This document shows, piece by piece, positions 59,101 to 64,000 of a DNA stretch of 64,000 bases. The translations under genes were made by a program, and so were the position numbers. Source of the stretch: an uncultured Ignavibacteria bacterium (GTDB lineage: Bacteria; Bacteroidota; Ignavibacteria; Ignavibacteriales; Ignavibacteriaceae); the NCBI GenBank assembly GCA_963811905.1, contig CAWETK010000011.1, positions 59,943 to 123,942 of the forward strand. The letters run 5' to 3'. Below the pieces are notes generated by a model. It made no database searches. It was not told the origin of the DNA and saw only the letters and a program-made list of their open reading frames with translations. Each line of letters begins with the position of its first letter. Position 1 is the stretch's first letter.

Positions 59101-61740
59101 ATGCCATTTAATTTTAATAAACTAACAGTCAAAGCGCAGGAAATTGTTCAGACAGCGATTGAGATTGCACAGAACTATAACAACCAGATACTCGAACCTG
59201 AGCATTTACTTGCAGCAGTTATACAGGAAAAGGGAAGTATAGCCGATTCTATTCTCCATAAAACAGGAGGAAATGTCAGCGCTATCCGTCTTAAAGTTAA
59301 TGAGCTGCTCGAGAGGCTTCCTAAGGTTTCCGGTGCCGGAATAGGCAATCAGCAGATGTCGGCACAGACAGGTAAGTTATTTGATGCCGCTGCCGAAGAA
59401 GCCCGCAATCTTAAAGATGAATTCATATCTACTGAACATCTTTTACTTGCACTATCCAAAACCGATAGCAAATCAGGACAGCTTTTAAGAGATAACGGAA
59501 TTTCACACGATACAATTCTCGAAGCCTTAAAAGAAGTCCGTGGTACGCAGCGTGTTACCTCTCAAAATCCTGAAGAGACTTACCAGTCATTAAAGAAATA
59601 CGGCAGAGATCTCAATGACCTTGTAAAAGAAGGTAAACTCGATCCAGTTATCGGAAGAGATGAGGAAATAAGAAGAGTACTTCAGGTTCTTTCAAGAAGG
59701 ACAAAGAATAACCCTGTTCTGATAGGAGAACCGGGAGTAGGTAAAACTGCTATCGCTGAAGGCATTGCTCACAGGATCGTTGCAGGTGATGTACCGGAAA
59801 ATCTTAAGTCTAAAAGGATCGTTGCCCTTGATATGGGCGCCCTGGTTGCAGGTACTCAATTCCGCGGTCAGTTCGAGGAGCGCCTTAAAGCTGTAATTAA
59901 GGAAGTGCAGGAATCAAATGGTGAGATAATATTATTCATTGATGAGCTTCATACACTTGTCGGTGCGGGTGCTGTTTCAGGCTCTATGGATGCAGCTAAC
60001 ATTCTTAAACCGGCTCTTGCAAGGGGTGAACTCCACGCCATCGGAGCAACTACTCTCGATGAATATAAAAAACATATTGAAAAAGATGCGGCACTTGAGA
60101 GAAGGTTTCAGCCTGTGCTGGTAAGTGAACCGTCGGTGGAGGATACCATCTCGATCCTGCGCGGACTAAGAGAAAGATATGAAATACATCATGGCGTCCG
60201 GATAACAGATGCAGCCATCATAGCAGCTGCTCAGTTATCACATAGATACATTGCCGACAGGTTTCTGCCCGATAAAGCAATCGATCTTGTTGATGAAGCA
60301 GCTTCTAAACTTCGTATAGAAATAGATTCGATGCCCGAAGAACTCGATAGCCTTGAAAGAAAGATTAAACAGCTTGAGATTGAACGCGAGGCTTTGAAAC
60401 GGGAGAAGGATGAAGCCTCAGCAAAGAGACTTGAAGAGCTTAAGAAAGAACTGAGTGATCTTGAGGAAGAAAGAAATACTTTACGGATGCACTGGGATCT
60501 TGAGAAGGATAAGATCCGGAAAATAAGGGGAATGAAGAGTGAAATCGATAATGCTAAAACACTTGCCGACCGCTATGAGCGTGAAGGTGACCTTGGTAAA
60601 GTTGCAGAACTGCGTTACGGGAAAATCGCTACGCTTGAAAAGCAGCTTAAGGAGGAAACTCAGCAGCTTTCAACTATCCAGAAAGATAAAAAAATGCTCA
60701 AGGAGGAAGTTGATGCTGAAGATATAGCCGAAGTCGTTTCTAAATGGACTGGTATTCCTGTAAGCAGAATGCTCGAAAGTGAAAGAAGTAAACTCCTTAA
60801 ACTTGAAGATGAGCTGCACAGGAGGATTATAGGTCAGGATGATGCAGTAACTGCGGTTGCAAATGCAATCAGAAGATCCCGTACCGGATTACAGGATATC
60901 AACAGACCGCTCGGCTCTTTTATCTTCCTTGGAACTACCGGGGTTGGTAAAACAGAGCTTGCACGTGCGCTTGCGGAATTCCTTTTTGATGATGAACACG
61001 CCATGATAAGAATCGATATGTCGGAATATATGGAGAAGTTTTCTGTATCAAGACTCATTGGTGCCCCTCCTGGCTATGTTGGTTACGAAGAAGGCGGTCA
61101 GCTTACGGAGGCCGTTCGGCGAAGACCATATTCCGTAGTGCTGCTTGATGAAATCGAAAAAGCACATCCCGATGTTTTTAATATACTCCTGCAGGTTCTT
61201 GATGACGGCAGACTCACTGACAACCAGGGCAGAACCGTTAACTTCAAGAATACGATTATAATAATGACATCTAATCTCGGCTCTCAGGTTATTCGTGAGA
61301 AACTCGAACACGTAAAAGATGATGAAATAGAAAACGCTATGGGTGAGCTGAGAGGACAGATGATAGATCTTCTGCGCAGAACAATAAGACCCGAATTCCT
61401 GAACAGAATTGACGAAGTGGTTCTCTTTAAACCATTAACACAGTCTGAGATCAGAGAAATCGTTGATATCCAGATCAGAAATGTACAGAAGATGCTCGAC
61501 CAGAAAGAAATCACTATAAATGTAAGCGATGAAGCAAAAGACTGGCTTTCGAAACTTGGTTACGATGTAACATTTGGCGCAAGACCCCTGAAAAGAACAA
61601 TTCAGAAATATCTTATAAATCCTCTTTCCCAGGAATTGCTTATGGATAAGTTCAAAGACGGTGATACCATTTCTATTTCAGTTGGAGACAACGGTAAACT
61701 CCTCTTCACAAAAGATGAGATATCACAGCGGATTTATTAA
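59101..61740 (+). CDS. clpB: ATP-dependent disaggregase ClpB
   Basis: It has two AAA+ modules ([10 protein letters not shown] and [10 protein letters not shown]), a long middle coiled coil, and a Clp N-domain. Confidence 0.95.
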   Translation: MPFNFNKLTVKAQEIVQTAIEIAQNYNNQILEPEHLLAAVIQEKGSIADSILHKTGGNVSAIRLKVNELLERLPKVSGAGIGNQQMSAQTGKLFDAAAEEARNLKDEFISTEHLLLALSKTDSKSGQLLRDNGISHDTILEALKEVRGTQRVTSQNPEETYQSLKKYGRDLNDLVKEGKLDPVIGRDEEIRRVLQVLSRRTKNNPVLIGEPGVGKTAIAEGIAHRIVAGDVPENLKSKRIVALDMGALVAGTQFRGQFEERLKAVIKEVQESNGEIILFIDELHTLVGAGAVSGSMDAANILKPALARGELHAIGATTLDEYKKHIEKDAALERRFQPVLVSEPSVEDTISILRGLRERYEIHHGVRITDAAIIAAAQLSHRYIADRFLPDKAIDLVDEAASKLRIEIDSMPEELDSLERKIKQLEIEREALKREKDEASAKRLEELKKELSDLEEERNTLRMHWDLEKDKIRKIRGMKSEIDNAKTLADRYEREGDLGKVAELRYGKIATLEKQLKEETQQLSTIQKDKKMLKEEVDAEDIAEVVSKWTGIPVSRMLESERSKLLKLEDELHRRIIGQDDAVTAVANAIRRSRTGLQDINRPLGSFIFLGTTGVGKTELARALAEFLFDDEHAMIRIDMSEYMEKFSVSRLIGAPPGYVGYEEGGQLTEAVRRRPYSVVLLDEIEKAHPDVFNILLQVLDDGRLTDNQGRTVNFKNTIIIMTSNLGSQVIREKLEHVKDDEIENAMGELRGQMIDLLRRTIRPEFLNRIDEVVLFKPLTQSEIREIVDIQIRNVQKMLDQKEITINVSDEAKDWLSKLGYDVTFGARPLKRTIQKYLINPLSQELLMDKFKDGDTISISVGDNGKLLFTKDEISQRIY

Positions 61741-61871
61741 TTGTGCCCAGGTCTATAGCGATCCTACTTCGATCTAGATCCTTAAATTATTCTTCTACAT
61801 AGTGAAATATATAAATAGCGGTTATCTTCTTTAGAATTTCCGTTGAGCTTTACTTGACCTGCACAGCTCTA

Positions 61872-61938
61872 GCTGACTTGCCACGACTTTTAAAGTCGTG
61901 GGGATAGTAAAACTAAGAAGCTGAGGGCTTTAGCCAAA
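61872..61938. repeat. 66-bp repeat carrying the hairpin CCACGACTT-TTA-AAGTCGTGG; left bracket of RAYT copy 2 (overlaps its stop codon)
   Basis: gctgacttgccacgacttttaaagtcgtggggatagtaaaactaagaagctgagggctttagccaaa. Confidence 0.9.
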
Positions 61939-62370
61939 TTTATTCAGCGATTTAAACCCATATTTTTTAATAAACTCTTCATACTCTTCTGTAAAACTCT
62001 TTTTCCTATGATGTTCTTTCTGGTTCTTTATATAATCTCTTACCCTATTAATCTGCGATTCACTTACAGATACAGCTATATACTCATCCTGCCATTCAAA
62101 ATGACCCTTTGATAAGCCATATTTATTCACCCAATTTGATGATTCTCCCTTTAGCAGCTGGGCTACTTTACTAATATTTTGATCTGAACCCATTGATATT
62201 GTCATATGGATGTGCTCAGGTTCGCAGTTTATAAAATCAATATAGATATTTTTTAATTCTGCATTTTCTCTTATGTGATTCAATAATTTGGATTTAATAT
62301 CTTCAGTAATTATTCGCTCCCTGTTTTTGGTTGACCAGATTAGATGAATCCAGATTCTAATATATGGCAT
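61930..62370 (-). CDS. IS200-like Y1 (HUH) transposase, REP-associated (RAYT-like), copy 2
   Basis: 146 aa. It has IRIWIHLIWSTKNRE, HUH HIHMTI, and YIKNQKEHHRKKSF. By eye it is ~45% identical to copy 1. Confidence 0.8.
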   Translation of the reverse strand: MPYIRIWIHLIWSTKNRERIITEDIKSKLLNHIRENAELKNIYIDFINCEPEHIHMTISMGSDQNISKVAQLLKGESSNWVNKYGLSKGHFEWQDEYIAVSVSESQINRVRDYIKNQKEHHRKKSFTEEYEEFIKKYGFKSLNKFG

Positions 62371-62496
62371 AAACTTGTTTCCTTATATTAAGATGAATTG
62401 TAAAGGGTTTTAATTGAAATGCCCGTTTTTGTGTGAAACAACAGCAAACTTGCTCTGAACTTAAATTCAACTTTGGCTGACTTGCCACAAGCTTTG

Positions 62497-62562
62497 GCTG
62501 ACTTGCCACGACTTTTAAGTCGTGGGGATAGTAAAACTAAGAGGCTGAGGGCTTTAGCCAAA
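62497..62562. repeat. Right bracket of RAYT copy 2: a direct copy of the 66-bp hairpin repeat, preceded by 21-bp degenerate tandem units
   Basis: gctgacttgccacgacttttaagtcgtggggatagtaaaactaagaggctgagggctttagccaaa has one loop indel and one substitution relative to the left copy. Upstream are the units caactttggctgacttgccaca and agctttggctgacttgccacg. Confidence 0.9.
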
Positions 62563-63024
62563 GAATAAACCTATTGATTCAGACCACGACATCAGCCTTC
62601 TGCATATTCAGCTATATTAATCTTATTCATTTTATTAAGATTTTGCGGCAAGCTTTAGCCAAACTTTAGGCAATCCTTAACTGACCCGCACAGCTTTGGA
62701 TTTCTATAAAAAATAAAATCCCGACTTTAGCCAAATTTAATTAAGATTTCCTTTTGATTCTATATTTGGTTAAAGCCATCCTCTCATTTTTAATATCCAC
62801 CACGACTTAAAAAGTTGTGGCATCAATCTTCTCAATTCGGACAAATTAATTCAGCCCCGATATTGGTTTCTTCCTAATTTACCCTTAATTCCGGAGTATT
62901 TATGCCGCCCAAGTTTACTACTATTATCATGAATTAATATTAAATTTGAGGCTGGTCTGGAATAGTTTTTGAAACTATTCTCCTGTTATGCTGTTTAATA
63001 CATTAGATATAATTTGGTTTTAAT

Positions 63025-63609
63025 ATGTTGGCCTTAATTCAATGCGAAAATACATCAGTTGCTGAACTTTCAAAGGTTCTGAAGCAGATGAATGTACATT
63101 TCAAAGTTACCGATAGCGAATCTGACATTTGCAAATCTGATAAAATCATCCTTTATGGAAGCGGTTCACCAAAACAAAATATGAAACAGCTTCATATTCT
63201 GAATCTTTTCTCCATGTTAAGGATGATCAAAAATCCAATTCTGGGAATAGGACTCGGCGTCGAACTGATGTGTGAGCATACAGCCGGGGAAGGTCTATCC
63301 TGCCTGGGATTGTTTCCCGTCGATTCTAATAAGATAGAAGATGAAAAGGTCCTCGTATCTCACTCCGGCTTAAAAAAGGTTGATATCCTCAAAACGGGAA
63401 GGCTTTTTGAAGGAATAAGCTCAGGCACCGAATTTTATTTTTCCGAAAATTATTATCTCCCCGAGAACAAGTTTACTACCTCGATTGTAAATAACGGGGG
63501 AACCTTCTCCGCTTCTGTCGAACGCGAAAATGCCTTTGGTGTGCAGTTCCATCCCGAAAAATCCGGTGAGGCGGGGGAAACTTTATTGGATAATTTTATA
63601 AGACTCTGA
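63025..63609 (+). CDS. HisH-like class I glutamine amidotransferase lacking the nucleophile cysteine
   Basis: GVQFHPEKSG (catalytic His/Glu) is conserved. The expected P.LGICLGMQLL is PILGIGLGVELM (Cys to Gly), and LPGVG is LYGSG. No other his genes are adjacent. Confidence 0.65.
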   Translation: MLALIQCENTSVAELSKVLKQMNVHFKVTDSESDICKSDKIILYGSGSPKQNMKQLHILNLFSMLRMIKNPILGIGLGVELMCEHTAGEGLSCLGLFPVDSNKIEDEKVLVSHSGLKKVDILKTGRLFEGISSGTEFYFSENYYLPENKFTTSIVNNGGTFSASVERENAFGVQFHPEKSGEAGETLLDNFIRL

Positions 63610-63797
63610 CCGTTTCCCACTCTATTTCTTCCGGCATTCCTGTTATTTGTGTCTCTATATTTTTATTTTCGTTAAAACGCGCAGATAATTTTTATTATTT
63701 TTTGAACGATTATAAATATATACCTGTTAAATATGTAACAACAAAGTGTAACGACTTTATATAATTTGTTTGTTTGCTAAAAAATAGGAGATACTTA

Positions 63798-64000
63798 ATG
63801 CAGAATTTCCTCAATCAGAGCTATTATGGGAACACTATCCTGAACTATATTATCGCCATCGTAATTTTTATCCTCGGAATAATTGTAATAAAAATATTTA
63901 AGGCAATAGTCCTCAAACGCTTAACAAAATGGGCCGAATCCACTGAAACCAAACTTGATGATTTCCTGATAAGAGGAATACAAAAAACCGTAGTCCCTCT
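63798..64000 (+). CDS. Mechanosensitive (MscS-family) channel, N-terminal part, continuing beyond the window
   Basis: ATG 63798 follows an AGGAG RBS. MQNFLNQSYYGNTILNYIIAIVIFILGIIVIKIFKAIVLKRLTKWAESTETKLDDFLIRGIQK has the typical MscS-family N-terminal TM1/KLDD layout. The frame stays open to the window end. Confidence 0.55.
   Translation, partial: MQNFLNQSYYGNTILNYIIAIVIFILGIIVIKIFKAIVLKRLTKWAESTETKLDDFLIRGIQKTVVP

Overview
This is a 64-kb chromosomal window. It most likely comes from an FCB-group bacterium (Ignavibacteriota/Bacteroidota-like), an inference based on five cargo proteins that end in the ...NYPNPFNP... type-IX secretion (T9SS) C-terminal sorting domain. The backbone is ordinary housekeeping: lysA-lysC, an ABC-F ATPase, a THUMP RNA methyltransferase, mfd, murQ, rsmG-mnmG-mnmE, and a contiguous heat-shock block hsp20-cbpA-htpG-clpB. 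Seven things stand out. (1) Two diverged IS200-like Y1/HUH transposases of the REP-associated (RAYT) type are each bracketed by direct repeats carrying a private perfect hairpin. One is flanked by two ~350-bp arrays of a 35-bp tandem unit, and an IS1182-family element is inserted beside it. (2) Many unrelated short hairpin repeats and two MITE-like elements are present; the MITE ends resemble the IS1182 inverted repeats. (3) A locus of paralogous 7-bladed FG-GAP/T9SS proteins shows mosaic near-identity and a relic of the neighbouring M48 peptidase gene. It also has three copies of a conserved TTGACT-N17-TAATAT promoter followed by a ~320-nt leader. (4) A ~650-bp strand-pure pyrimidine tract is built from GTCTC-containing units and 11-bp phased ACATACGT repeats, and it sits between mnmE and the heat-shock block. 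(5) A co-directional array of RibD_C (DHFR-like) and VOC/PhnB-like paralogs lies next to a GlxA-type regulator. (6) At least eight genes, including mfd (twice), are broken by single-base frameshifts, most simply explained as assembly indels. (7) A HisH-like protein lacks the nucleophile cysteine. No rRNA, tRNA or CRISPR array was recognised by eye. All family calls rest on motif recognition in the translated ORFs; no database search was run.
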